Below are positions 9,506 to 19,468 of a DNA stretch of 64,000 nt, one piece after another; within the stretch, counting starts at the first letter, position 1, and every line of letters starts with the position of its first letter. The notes under the pieces are model-generated. The model worked only from the letters and a program-made list of their open reading frames with translations. It was not told where the DNA came from and did no database searches. Source of the DNA: Epithemia pelagica (taxonomy: Eukaryota; Protista; Bacillariophyta); NCBI GenBank assembly GCA_946965045.2, contig OX337238.1:1674001-1738000 (forward strand), given 5' to 3'. Both the position numbers and the translations under genes were made by a program.

Positions 9506-10290
9506 GGGTCTTGGTCGATAGGGATGGAGGAGTGAAGGATATGGGTGTACCAACTTGATGTCTCGGTCCTTCCAGTCAAGAATCAGTAGCAAATACAACA
9601 ATCCAATAGGGTCTTGGTCGATAGAGATGGAAGAGGGAAGTATGGGGGCGCACCAACTTGGTGTCTCGGCCCTTCAACAGAACCACCAATCAAGATACAG
9701 CAATCCAATGGGGTCTTCTTGGTTAATGTAGATGAAGGAGGGAAGGAGAGGGGTGCACCAACTTGGTGTCTCGGCCCTTGTTCCAATCGGGAAGGAGAAG
9801 CAACACAGCAATCCAACAGGGCCTTGGTCAATGGAAATGGAGGGGTGAAGGAAATGGGTGCACCAACTTGGTGTCTCGGCCCTTGTTCCAAATGAGAAGG
9901 AGTAGCAACACAGCAATCCAACAGGGTCTTGGTCGATGGAGATGGAGGGGTGAAGGAAGTGGGTGCACCAACTTGGTGTATTTTGCCCTTTGTTCAATAG
10001 AATCCTCACCAATCTGACCGTTCAGATCGTTGAAAATGGTCTTATGGGATAATAGGAGGGAAGAAGCAGCGGCAATCCAGCAATCCAACCAGTTTTGGTC
10101 GATGGAAATTGATGGGAGAATGAAATGGGTGCACCAACTTGGTGTCTTCGCCCTTTTTCAAACAGAACCACCAATCCAGTCGTTCAGAGCGTTGAAAATT
10201 GTCTTGTGGGATGATAGGAGGAAAGAAATAGTTGCCAAACAGCGATCACATGGTTGGGTTTTCATGGAAACAGAAGAAAATGATTAGTGG
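9506..10290. repeat. Tandem array: 103-105-bp units followed by two ~166-bp units, with palindromic core CACCAA-C-TTGGTG
   Basis: GGG(T/C)G(C/T)ACCAACTT cores at 9543, 9646, 9751, 9856, 9961 and 10127. Confidence 0.9.
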
Positions 10291-10400
10291 GCATATAGGA
10301 AAACGACAAAACAAACTCTCACTGTTGTCTTGTCGACTTGGCTTACCTAGCACCTTTCAAATTTGAAAAAGGAAATGATTCTCTTTGTGTTCGCCTGTTT

Positions 10401-10466
10401 GTTGTAGCTGTTGTTGTTGTTGTTGCTGTTGTGTTGTTGTTGTTGTTGTTGTTGTTGCTGCTGCTG
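10401..10466. repeat. (GTT)n/(GCT)n microsatellite
   Basis: Directly visible trinucleotide run. Confidence 0.95.
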
Positions 10467-10767
10467 TGTGTTTTTTGGGGCGTTGGGGGTTGATGTGAGT
10501 TGGATGAGGCACTCTATGACTCTATCGTCAAAAAGTGATCACAAAAGTGGGAGAGTATATCTTTTGTGTGGTTGTTGTGTGAGGAAAATCTAATTTTCAG
10601 CGTTCTTCTGTGATTTTGTGTCCATTGTTCTTCGTATGTCACTGTGACGTGATTTGGTGGTGGAGGAGAAATTTGTGGGTCGCTTTTGGAGTTTACGTGC
10701 GACTGGAATACTAGGTGTTATATGTGTAGCTAGTAGTTAGGTATCTAGGCAAAGGTTAGGCTCTGTG

Positions 10768-10946
10768 CACGCGTTTCCACATACAATAAACATGCTCACG
10801 CGGGTGTCAACACGTTTCACGCGTTGTCTACACGTTTCACGCGCATTCACGCGCAATCTGGAGCGCCACGCGCTTCGTACGCGCCAAATGCGCGTGATCC
10901 GTGTTCTGGGGGTGCTGCACGCGCCTATTGGGCGTGTGTCACGCGC
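10768..10946. repeat. Cluster of ~9-10 (C/T)ACGCG motifs
   Basis: CACGCG/TACGCG near 10768, 10797, 10818, 10838, 10848, 10867, 10878, 10918 and 10940, plus one inverted copy near 10890. Confidence 0.8.
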
Positions 10947-11097
10947 CTGTTGGTGGAATTCCAGTCACTTATCTTCAAAAAATCTCTTTAGACGTGCGCC
11001 AAAGAGAGAGGAAGAAGCGAATGAAAGCGAAGAGGATGGGCAACGGATTCATCATCACCAAATAAGAATACATAGCAATGAGCATCCGCCCGATGAG

Positions 11098-12609
11098 TCA
11101 TTCGTCGTCCTTATCTAGGATAGTTGCAGCTCCACAATATTTTAGAGATGCAAGCGATGCGGCCGGTTTCGTACCGCCAGTTTGATTCGCTTTCTTCGCA
11201 TAATCGTTATCTTGCGTCGCCGTTCCGTGCGATAGTCGCCAGAATCCACAAATGGCACACCAATGCCACGTTGTTCCGTTCACATTTTTTGTTTCAGGCT
11301 CTCCATCACCGGGTGGTTTGGATTTCCAAGGAGCCTTCGGAGCTTTTGTCTTTCGTTCGCCTCCTTTGCCGTCGTTGTTGTAGGCTTTGGGGCAGTCTTT
11401 CTTTAAATGATCCGGTGATCCACAGATATGGCACTTGCGACCGCCATTGTTGGACGTGCCTTTTCCATTGGTGGCGCCTCTCTTCAAGGCAGCAGAAACA
11501 CTCTTCTGAACGAGATTGTTTATCTCGGTTTTTGTGAACGACATCATTGCTTCTGGCGGATTTCCAGAGTCGCTCTTTCCAGACGGTCCCCAACGCTTGG
11601 CCGTCAACAACAACGTATACTCCGCATTCGCTTCCTCCACAAGTTGTTGGACTGAGATGTAATCAGGTTCAGCCGCTCGTCCTTCAATGGTTGCTCTTGA
11701 GAGGCCATGGACTTTGGTGACCCATTGGTTGACCGCTGTGCTCCGAGCAATAAACTTCACACGAAATTGCTCCACTGACGATGTGCAGAGCTGTTCATTC
11801 AGGAGAAATGGAGCGTCGCTTGGCACATTCTTTCCAAGCTCCACACAAGTCTGTAGAAACTTGGTGGTGAACACTTTCACATCTTCTCCAGCCGTTTGGC
11901 GAAGTTTGTGGGCTTCCAGTTGCTGTTTCAACGCTTTGATTCGCTGGAAGGAGGCGGTTCTAACCTCACGCACGACGTAAATCCAGAGGATCGGCCCATA
12001 CTTCAAATCGCGTGGTAGCAGTGGGCGAATACTGTTCTTCACTGAGTCATCCAACAGTGACATAATGGCCTTATACGCAAGGTCCATGTTGTTGGTGGAG
12101 TAGTCATCGTACAAGGGTGTTGTTGCTCCCATTCCAGTTCTGAAGTGATTGACAACAAAGGCTGGGGTGAACTCGGAGTCTTCTTGCAGGATGTCAACAA
12201 GTCTGGTGGGATCTTGTGGATCAGGAAGGTAGAATTCACTGTCCATCCCATGAAACTCCATGTGGTCGGCAACCATCTCTGCAAGCTGCTCAATCGTGAG
12301 GCTCTTTTCATCTCGTGTAAACTTGCGCGGCTCACTTTCACTACTATCCACAATGGTCGTCTTCTGTTTGAGCGCCTTGTGGGCTTCCGTCGGATCTTGC
12401 AACTGGTAGCAATATGGGCTCCGCGGAACGGTTCGTGTCGTTGCAACGAACGTTACATCGGTCGGTCTGCCTCCAGTCCATGGATGGATTCCATTCAACC
12501 CTCCAAGCTGTGGCGGTGTTGGAAGAGGACGTGCTCGAGGTGTAGGTGGTGGACCCGGTGGTGCCCCTGGTGCTCCTCCACCAGCAGACATGGTTCTTCC
12601 CAGCGTCAT
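11098..12609 (-). CDS. gag: Copia-type Gag protein (503 aa)
   Basis: Zinc knuckle CHICGSPDHLKKDC (CX2CX4HX4C), a second WHWCAICGFWRLSH motif typical of diatom copia gags, and a Pro-rich N-terminus. Confidence 0.85.
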   Translation of the reverse strand: MTLGRTMSAGGGAPGAPPGPPPTPRARPLPTPPQLGGLNGIHPWTGGRPTDVTFVATTRTVPRSPYCYQLQDPTEAHKALKQKTTIVDSSESEPRKFTRDEKSLTIEQLAEMVADHMEFHGMDSEFYLPDPQDPTRLVDILQEDSEFTPAFVVNHFRTGMGATTPLYDDYSTNNMDLAYKAIMSLLDDSVKNSIRPLLPRDLKYGPILWIYVVREVRTASFQRIKALKQQLEAHKLRQTAGEDVKVFTTKFLQTCVELGKNVPSDAPFLLNEQLCTSSVEQFRVKFIARSTAVNQWVTKVHGLSRATIEGRAAEPDYISVQQLVEEANAEYTLLLTAKRWGPSGKSDSGNPPEAMMSFTKTEINNLVQKSVSAALKRGATNGKGTSNNGGRKCHICGSPDHLKKDCPKAYNNDGKGGERKTKAPKAPWKSKPPGDGEPETKNVNGTTWHWCAICGFWRLSHGTATQDNDYAKKANQTGGTKPAASLASLKYCGAATILDKDDE

Positions 12610-12697
12610 TTCCGTTTCGTTTCGTCGATGGTACGCGAAGTCTTCTTCTTCTCCAGCTCTTATTCGATAACAAAAGCAAGCTTACAACCCTTTGTTT

Positions 12698-12709
12698 GGG
12701 CTCATAACC
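12698..12709 (-). promoter_or_regulatory. Primer-binding site (GGTTATGAGCCC)
   Basis: Minus strand reads ...TTGCGACA|GGTTATGAGCCC, the GGTTATGRGCCC PBS type of copia-like elements, directly after the LTR-terminal CA. Confidence 0.8.
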
Positions 12710-12886
12710 TGTCGCAACAGACGATGTTGCTTTTGCTCAAAGTCGTACGCAGCGGAGAGTTGATGCTCCACTATGGTCAACTTGGTTCGATGATGCGGCT
12801 AACGACGAAAAGGAAGATCAAAACAACAGATTTGGAAATTATGGTGACAGTGGGAATTTGAATCTATCTACTTTCCCATGCCGACA
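12710..12886 (-). repeat. 5' LTR (~177 bp)
   Basis: 5-bp inverted termini TGTCG/CGACA adjacent to the PBS. No second copy in the window, so the outer boundary is inferred. Confidence 0.6.
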
Positions 12887-13091
12887 CGCGCGCTACAAGA
12901 CTGCCGGTCAACCCCACTGATGGACAGTACGCCCCACTTTGTGACAGGCTGGATCCGTCATTTATTGTCAATTGTGGCATTTGGGACAAACTGCTCATTC
13001 CACGCATCATCCCACCTCGAAGCGAATTGTTGGGCCGTCGGGCAATATTCCCATGAAGGGCAAGGTCAAGTTGATTGATGGTGAGAATATC

Positions 13092-15290
13092 AATACAATA
13101 CAACACAACTCAATGATTAGTCTTTGTTAAACTAGACTGCCCGAGGCTGCGTCGGGCCGCCTGGATCCGGAGCAGGAACCGTCGTTGGGTCCCGATAGCA
13201 CCCAGATACCGAGCGGCCAAGGGACGGAGAAACAGACGTTGAACGGGCGCAGGAAGGCCTAGGGGGCCGCGTGCATACTCCTGTTGGAGGTCCAATTGCA
13301 CTGCGGCGCGCTCCTGGGCCTGGGCCCGGCGGACCTGATGTCCATTCCTATGTTCCCAAAGATTCCACGAGACATTCCACAGCTGGACAATTAGGGCCGC
13401 TAACCATCGCCGTCCCGAGTAACGGCGACCCAAGAAGCGAAAGTAAGACTCTTGAGCCTCCGCCCACGCAGGAGACCAATTACCCTCCAGGGCGGAAGAC
13501 CAGCCGAGGAGACGTTGTGCCGCTAGAGCGGTGGGAAGAGAGGGAACAGTTGTGTGAAGAGAAGGTGGGGGCTGGCCGTGGCGCCAAGCGCGGAGAGAAT
13601 TAAGGATACAAGAAGCGATTGTTGGGTGAGTAAAGGAGCGAGCAAACCAGCGGGAGAGAGCAGTCAAGGCCTGGTCCCACAATACAGAGACTTCCACATG
13701 GGGGCATTGGTAGACGTGAAGGGCTGTTTCCAGCGGGTGGTGACACCGCGGACAAGAGGCATCCTTCCACTGTCTTCGACGGAGCATTTCGACACCGACC
13801 GCAGAGCGGTCGAGCGAGGCCTTAACGACCCAATGGCGTCGGTTCTGTGGTTGCATATTGGCGGCCAAGGAATAGGCTTCCCAGTCGACAGATGTGGCGG
13901 ACGCTGTGCCGAATTTACCGCGGCGGGCTAGGAGGTCCAACAGAGGCGGGCCGTTAATATGTCTGCGGAGACCTGTGGCGAAATCCAAAACAAGCACCTG
14001 CTCATCAAGAACCAAGGGGGATAATTTGCCAAAGGGAGACGGAGGCAGTTCATCAGGAGGTATCAGCTCATAGACTTGCGACGCCCGCTCGTCCATAAGG
14101 ACGTTGCGCAATTCCCAACGATCCAGATTCTGTCGGCCCGTAGCGTCTTGATGGCCGCGCACGTGGCGTGGAAACCAAGTGACTTGGGGCATCGCCAGCA
14201 GAAGGTTCTGCACGGCCGACAACAGCTCCCAGCTTTTATCGGTCACAGCGGCTGGACGCGTGGAGCGGAAAACTCGATTCAAGGCGCTCAGACTGTCAGA
14301 GGCCACTGTAACTTCCCCACTGGGTAGATTCCCCAGGCGGACTAAGTTGCGTACTGCCGAGACGATGCCGAAGATCCCGTACAACTCACTCCGGAAGGAA
14401 TTTTGACTGTCCGGTGGACCTGGTACCCTGGCGCCGGCAGATATCGATTCAAGGGTGTCGGCATCGGTGGCCAGACACCACGCACACGTGCCATCAATTT
14501 TAGCCCGAGCAGAACCATCGGACACCGCCTCCAGAGTGCCAGCGGCCAGCGCCGAGATAAGAGGCGAGAGGCCGGCGGTGGAGGCCGATAGGAACCACAC
14601 TTGAGCAACAGGTGACAACTGAGCTTCGAAATCAGCCAAAGGGGCCGGCGGAGGAAGCACCGGACCGCCTAACGAGAACGTCAGGGCGGTGGTATCCTGA
14701 GACCACATGATCACCTGCCCGTCCCTAGGCCTGACCAAAGGCACTGGCACCGTGACGTCCACGACATAGACCGGGCCGGCCAGGGATAGCATCCCAAAGC
14801 CTACCAGGCTGTCCGTGGGAAGGAAACGGGAGCGGCCCCTCTGTCGAGGCAGGGCGCGAAACTCCTGCCAGCTCGTTGGAACGACACAATCACGGTCATC
14901 CAATGGAAGGTACAACCGATTCCACCGAGAAGAATAAAGAGCCGCAGCCGGGAGAGCGTGCGGGAAGATCCAGGTGGAGACCACCGCAGTGACGCGCCGA
15001 AACCGAGAAGATGCGCCCAAGGACGTAGACAAGGCACGCTGCCATAATGACCAATCCAATGCGTGATGTGGGGGTGCACGAGGCCAGTCCCACGCTGGAC
15101 GTCGACCACAAGAGCCATTGACCCCAGTCCAGGCATCCTCGAGGATGCGGGAGCCATCAGCGGAGAGAATATCCGCGAGCGACACTGCCCGAAGGTACAA
15201 CCGACACTGGTTCTAGGAGCGAAGAGTAGCCGGGTGTCGAAAGCCGGACCGGTAAAAGGTTTCCATCAGATATTGGTCGCCTCCTCTAAG
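13092..15290 (-). mobile_element. 5'-truncated non-LTR retrotransposon (LINE, RNase H-bearing diatom type)
   Basis: Flanked by a 15-bp TSD GATGGTGAGAATATC (13077-13091 and 15291-15305); more GC-rich than flanks; short (RTTGT)n 3' tail. Confidence 0.9.
13110..15290 (-). pseudogene. LINE ORF2 C-terminal fragment: post-RT region, RNase H and CCHC zinc finger
   Basis: RNase H residues VSDGS / RSELYG / SDSLSAL / HVRGHQD / NVLMD; CPRCHHPLETALHVYQC; LWEHRN. In-frame TAG at 15213-15215 (RS*NQCRLYL). RT is absent because of the truncation. Confidence 0.85.
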
Positions 15291-16246
15291 GATGGTGAGA
15301 ATATCGAACCGGAATGCCTGTCGCCATGACCAAGGAAGATATTGACCGAACCATCAAAGACTATGTCAATGGTGCCCTTCGAGCCAAGGAAGCTGGCTTT
15401 GATGGAGTCGAATTGCATTCGGCCAATGGCTACTTGTTTGATCAATTCTTTCAATCCAGTACGAATGATCGGACCGATGAATATGGTGGCAGCGTCGAAA
15501 ACCGAGCTCGACTCTTGACCGAAACCTTTCAAGCCATTGTCGACAGTGGTGCCTATCCGGCCAATCGCATTGGGTTTCGTATGTCCCCCAATGGTATTTT
15601 TGGTGACATGGGCTCGGAGGACAATCACACAACCTTTCCGGCCATTGCCAAGATTATGAATGCGTACAAACCAGCCTACTTGCATGTCATGGATGGTTTG
15701 GGCTTTGGGTATCACAACAAGGCACCGGTGGTGACGGTTTCGGATTTTCGTAAAGTCTTTGATGGACCCATTTTTTGCAACATTGCCTTGACACGAGATG
15801 TGGCCGAAGGCATGTTGCGCTCCGGTGCCTGCGATATGGCCGTCTTTGGACGGTTGTACATTTCGAATCCCGATTTGGTCGCCCGGTTTGAAAATGATTG
15901 GCCCTTGGCCGATTCACCACCCCATGAAACGTGGTGGTATCCCACGGGTGCCAAGGGATATACCGATTGGCCTACCTATGAACAAGAGGCCAAAAAAGCC
16001 ACCGAAGCCGAATCTGGGCCAGAAGAAGCCGAAGTGGCTGCCTAAAAACAATCAAAAGCCGTGTAGATGGGGCTCATGGTAGCCTGATGGAACATTTCGA
16101 ACGATATACAGAGTCGAACGACTTTTAAGGGTAAATTCAATATCTCAGATTTTGCCTTTGAGTAGACTTTTTGTATGTGGTAGAGCTGTAGGTTGGCTAA
16201 CCTTGTTTGCCGATGGAATCAACAGTGGGACTGTTTCTCATTCTCC

Positions 16247-18844
16247 TTATTGTCTAACTGCTCCCGTGCGTCGTGTCGTCGGAGGAGGAACCCTTCCCTT
16301 TCGATGATTGCGTTCGCAACTCTTGACGTGGACCGCCAAACGATCAGGCATAAAGGTGCGGCCACAATATTGGCAGGCTTCTAACGCATGTTCTTCAAAG
16401 ACTTGTCGGGCCAAGACATTGCGTTGACTGGCAGGACAGTGCGGAGGAAGTTGCGGAACGGGTTTTCGTTGCGACCGTTTTGATACGAGTTTGGCTTGTC
16501 GTTGCTTCCAAGCCTTTTCACATTGGGGAATATGAAACTTGTCAATGGAATGAATGGTGTATTTGCGACCACAAATGTGACACAAGACGATATTTTTGGA
16601 TTCTTCCGAGACAGTGGTGGCACGGGGTGGGGGGACGACGGGTTGACAATAGTCTCCACCAATGGGTGGTGGATCGTGACCATGGGCCGGTGCACAACTG
16701 CGCAAGTGGACTTGCAATCGATCGGGCAAAAAGGTTCGTTCGCAATACTGACATTTCTCCAAGGCATGTTTGTTGTACACTTGCATGGCCACTTCGTTGC
16801 GAAGTTGCAGCGAGTTCTTGGCAAATTTATTCAGTGACTTGGTCTTATTGGATCGTCCACGGCGGCTACTGCTCTTGGTCGCACTTTCAGTTATGGTGGA
16901 AGTTTGCGGTGCCTCGTCGATGTTGTCTTCCTTTCTGCCCTGTGTACGAGATACAAAAGTGTTCCATTTGCGTCGACTGGGTAATCGAGGCAAGGGTTTG
17001 CGTTGCGCCGAGGGCAAGCGCCGTTGTCGATCCTTCCACAATTGTTCGCATTGAGGAATGTGAATGCCAATGGAATGAGTGGTATATTTCCGACCGCAAA
17101 TGTGACAAATGACAGTGTTACTGGCTTGATCCAACTTGGGGAGTGTTGTTGTGGGTGTTTTGGTAGATCGAGGAGGCCATTCCTGTCCATGAGACCGAGC
17201 ACAACTAGGCAAATGGACTTGTAATCGATCTGGTAAAAAGGTACGATGGCAAAATTGACATTTCTCCAAGGCATGATCATTGTAGACCTGCAGCGCCATT
17301 TCATTGCGTTCTTCCAGGGTCAGTAACTGACGTTTGCTCCGTCCTCGAACACTGGTGGTGGCGGCTGTTCCAGAGGACATTGGTTGTTGTTGTTGTTGCT
17401 TTTGCCTGCGCCACGATCGTTCCGACGGCAATTGTGGAACTGGTCGACGTTGGCGGGAAGGCAATTGCAGCTGTCGTTGTTTCCACAATTTTTGACATTG
17501 TGGAATATGAATGTCAATGGAATGGGTAGTGTACTTGCGTCCACAAATATGGCAAATCACTGTATTGCTGGCATGTTCTGGCCGGGGGCGTGGACTTGCC
17601 GCCGTCGCAGTAGCAACTGGTGTACAGTGAGGCGGCGAAGGTCCTTCTTGACCATGCGCCCGTGCACAACTGGGCAAATGAACTTGCAATCGATCGGGCA
17701 AGAAAGTTCGATGACAATGGGGACATTCCTCCAGGGCATGGGCATTGTAAATTTGCATAGCCAAGGCATTGCGTTCCTCCAAGGGCAACTTTTTGATTTG
17801 ACGTGTCGAAAGGGCTCGAGTCATTCCTGGAGGACCAGCACCACGCGTGGTGGAATCCACCACATTGCCGGATGAAGGTTGTGGTGGTCCTCGTCGTCGT
17901 CGCCACGATCGTGATTTGGTCGTGGAGGCCAGGGGATGGCTCGAGCTTGCTACAGAGTTGTTGTTCGGGTTGGATGTTGTTGTTGTTGCGACAAGACTTA
18001 GTTTGGGAACGGGTTTGCGTTGCTTGGGTGGCAAGAGAGCTTGTCGTTGGTTCCACAATTTTTCACATTGCTTGATGTGAAGATCAATGGAATGAATGGT
18101 ATATTTTCGACCACAAATATGACAGAGGACCGTATTGTGTGCCTCGTGAACACCGACATGTCGATAGGGTACGACCGATCCTCCCTTCTTCTTGCGACGA
18201 CTGTTGGTGCTAGTAGTGACAGACCGAAGAGTGCTATCAGTTCCACCGGCTGCCGGTTCTTCTCTAGTCGTTGGTGATGTACACGGACGACAGGTCAAGG
18301 CTTGTTGCTGTTGATGTTGTTGGTAGACTTGTTGGGCGGCTTGATTGCGTTCGTGGACGCTGCGCAACTGTTTGTTGGTACTCCTCTTGTTACCTAGTTT
18401 GGGAACGGGTTGACGACGTACTTGTCGTCCCTCTTGGACCGCTTGTTTCTGCTCCTGCTTCCACTCGCGTTGACACTTTGGAATGTGCAATCCAATGGCA
18501 TGAACGGTAAAGGTATCACCACAAATGTGACACAAGACGCGCTCTTGTTCGTGCTGCTGCTGTGACACGGACGACACTGGTTGCATGCCTTTGTCCTTTT
18601 GTGGCTGCTGATTCGGTTGTGCCGACTCGGGGACGTTTGTCCAGGAAGGAGGATGCTGCAGCTGCTCTTGTTTGGTATACTTGGATCGTCGCGATGGAGT
18701 TGTCGAGGTCGAGTCCACTTTTGTCGGTGTTGTCGTCGTGGATTCTCCTGGAGCGTGCCAGACCATGGTCGTTGTTGTTGCTCTTGTTGTTGTTGTGGTG
18801 GTTCTTCCAACGCGTGATGGAGGTGCTTCAGTGTGGTTGGACAA
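16247..18844 (-). CDS. Multi-repeat C2HC zinc-finger protein (ZC2HC1/zf-C2HC_2-like), 865 aa
   Basis: Five CHICGxxY/FxxHxIxxHIxxC fingers alternating with four CxxCxRTFxPDRLxVHxxSC fingers, separated by low-complexity linkers. Confidence 0.85.
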   Translation of the reverse strand: MSNHTEAPPSRVGRTTTTTTRATTTTMVWHAPGESTTTTPTKVDSTSTTPSRRSKYTKQEQLQHPPSWTNVPESAQPNQQPQKDKGMQPVSSVSQQQHEQERVLCHICGDTFTVHAIGLHIPKCQREWKQEQKQAVQEGRQVRRQPVPKLGNKRSTNKQLRSVHERNQAAQQVYQQHQQQQALTCRPCTSPTTREEPAAGGTDSTLRSVTTSTNSRRKKKGGSVVPYRHVGVHEAHNTVLCHICGRKYTIHSIDLHIKQCEKLWNQRQALLPPKQRKPVPKLSLVATTTTSNPNNNSVASSSHPLASTTKSRSWRRRRGPPQPSSGNVVDSTTRGAGPPGMTRALSTRQIKKLPLEERNALAMQIYNAHALEECPHCHRTFLPDRLQVHLPSCARAHGQEGPSPPHCTPVATATAASPRPRPEHASNTVICHICGRKYTTHSIDIHIPQCQKLWKQRQLQLPSRQRRPVPQLPSERSWRRQKQQQQQPMSSGTAATTSVRGRSKRQLLTLEERNEMALQVYNDHALEKCQFCHRTFLPDRLQVHLPSCARSHGQEWPPRSTKTPTTTLPKLDQASNTVICHICGRKYTTHSIGIHIPQCEQLWKDRQRRLPSAQRKPLPRLPSRRKWNTFVSRTQGRKEDNIDEAPQTSTITESATKSSSRRGRSNKTKSLNKFAKNSLQLRNEVAMQVYNKHALEKCQYCERTFLPDRLQVHLRSCAPAHGHDPPPIGGDYCQPVVPPPRATTVSEESKNIVLCHICGRKYTIHSIDKFHIPQCEKAWKQRQAKLVSKRSQRKPVPQLPPHCPASQRNVLARQVFEEHALEACQYCGRTFMPDRLAVHVKSCERNHRKGRVPPPTTRRTGAVRQ

Positions 18845-19214
18845 AAAGTTCTCGTTCAGGTATTATAAACTCTCTACAGACCTGCTCTGCAATCTCGGTT
18901 TTGGTGTCAAGCAAGTGTGACCGGCTTCAGTAAAGTGCTTTTGGAAAACGGCTTTGGAACGGAAGCTTATCCAGATACTTGATATCTACAATACCTAGTT
19001 GCTGCAAGAAACTTGCATTACCTTCCTCTCCTCTTCTGTGCAGTATCAAAAGCGACGACAACGAATCAACGCATTGATTGTTAAGAAGAAAGGGCGATCT
19101 TGAAAAGTCGAGCGAAACCCACCAATTTTGGGGGAAATAAGCGTCCTCGTCCATACTATGGAGTCTTCGTCTCTCAACCGCTAAAGTTTTGTCTCGGGGG
19201 CTTGCATCGGATAC

Positions 19215-19468
19215 TACCCCCCAGCGGGGGTGGCTTTGAGGGTGTAATTTCGTGTAGTCACCCCCTTCTCTAAGAGCAAATAATAACCTATTTCTTGACG
19301 GTAGGCATATCTCATTTCCTCCACCACGATAACAACACGTGCCATGGTGTTGCACAGGTTGTTGTGCACCTATTTGGACTCTTGAAACCTGTCTTCCCAG
19401 TCATAGACCTCAAACCAATAGTGTAGAATGCATAAATTACTCTCTCAAAAACACCCCCGCTGGGGGTA
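19215..19468. mobile_element. MITE (254 bp), deletion derivative of the element at 25822-26564
   Basis: TIRs TACCCCC(C)AGCGGGGGTG...; flanks CATCGGATAC / CCTCGGCTAC (8/10 match, degenerate TSD); body matches the reverse complement of 26347-26564. Confidence 0.85.

Larger units (their letters stand above)
10950..12886 (-). mobile_element. Truncated Ty1/copia (CoDi-like) LTR retrotransposon: 5' LTR, PBS and gag, no pol
   Basis: Candidate LTR 12710-12886 bounded by TGTCG...CGACA; PBS immediately inside; gag ORF. No protease, integrase, RT or second LTR found. The left boundary is approximate. Confidence 0.8.
12887..16045 (+). pseudogene. OYE: Old Yellow Enzyme (NADH:flavin oxidoreductase) gene interrupted by a LINE insertion
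   Basis: 3' part 15314..16045 has GFDGVELHSANGYL, RTDEYGGSVENRAR and GRLYISNPDL. The 5' part around 12948-13091 reads AGSVIYCQLWHLG...GKVKLIDGENI, continuing across the TSD into EPE. A further 1-nt frameshift lies near 15313; the N-terminus is missing. Confidence 0.85.

Noticed and set aside
9583-10017. 35-aa repeat proteins in several frames and on both strands
   Set aside because: The 105-bp unit is divisible by 3, so open frames propagate automatically; no frame is favoured.
9506-10290. CRISPR-like array (palindromic repeat with regular spacing)
   Set aside because: The spacers are homologous to each other, there are no cas genes, and the context is eukaryotic; it is a minisatellite.
10411-10593. 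Poly-Leu/poly-Cys ORF
   Set aside because: It is a translation of the GTT/GCT microsatellite.
10942-12891. CGCGC target-site duplication and a 3' LTR for the copia element
   Set aside because: The sequence at 10948 (TGTTGGTGG...) does not match the LTR, and the adjacent 5-mers (GCGCC versus CGCGC) differ.
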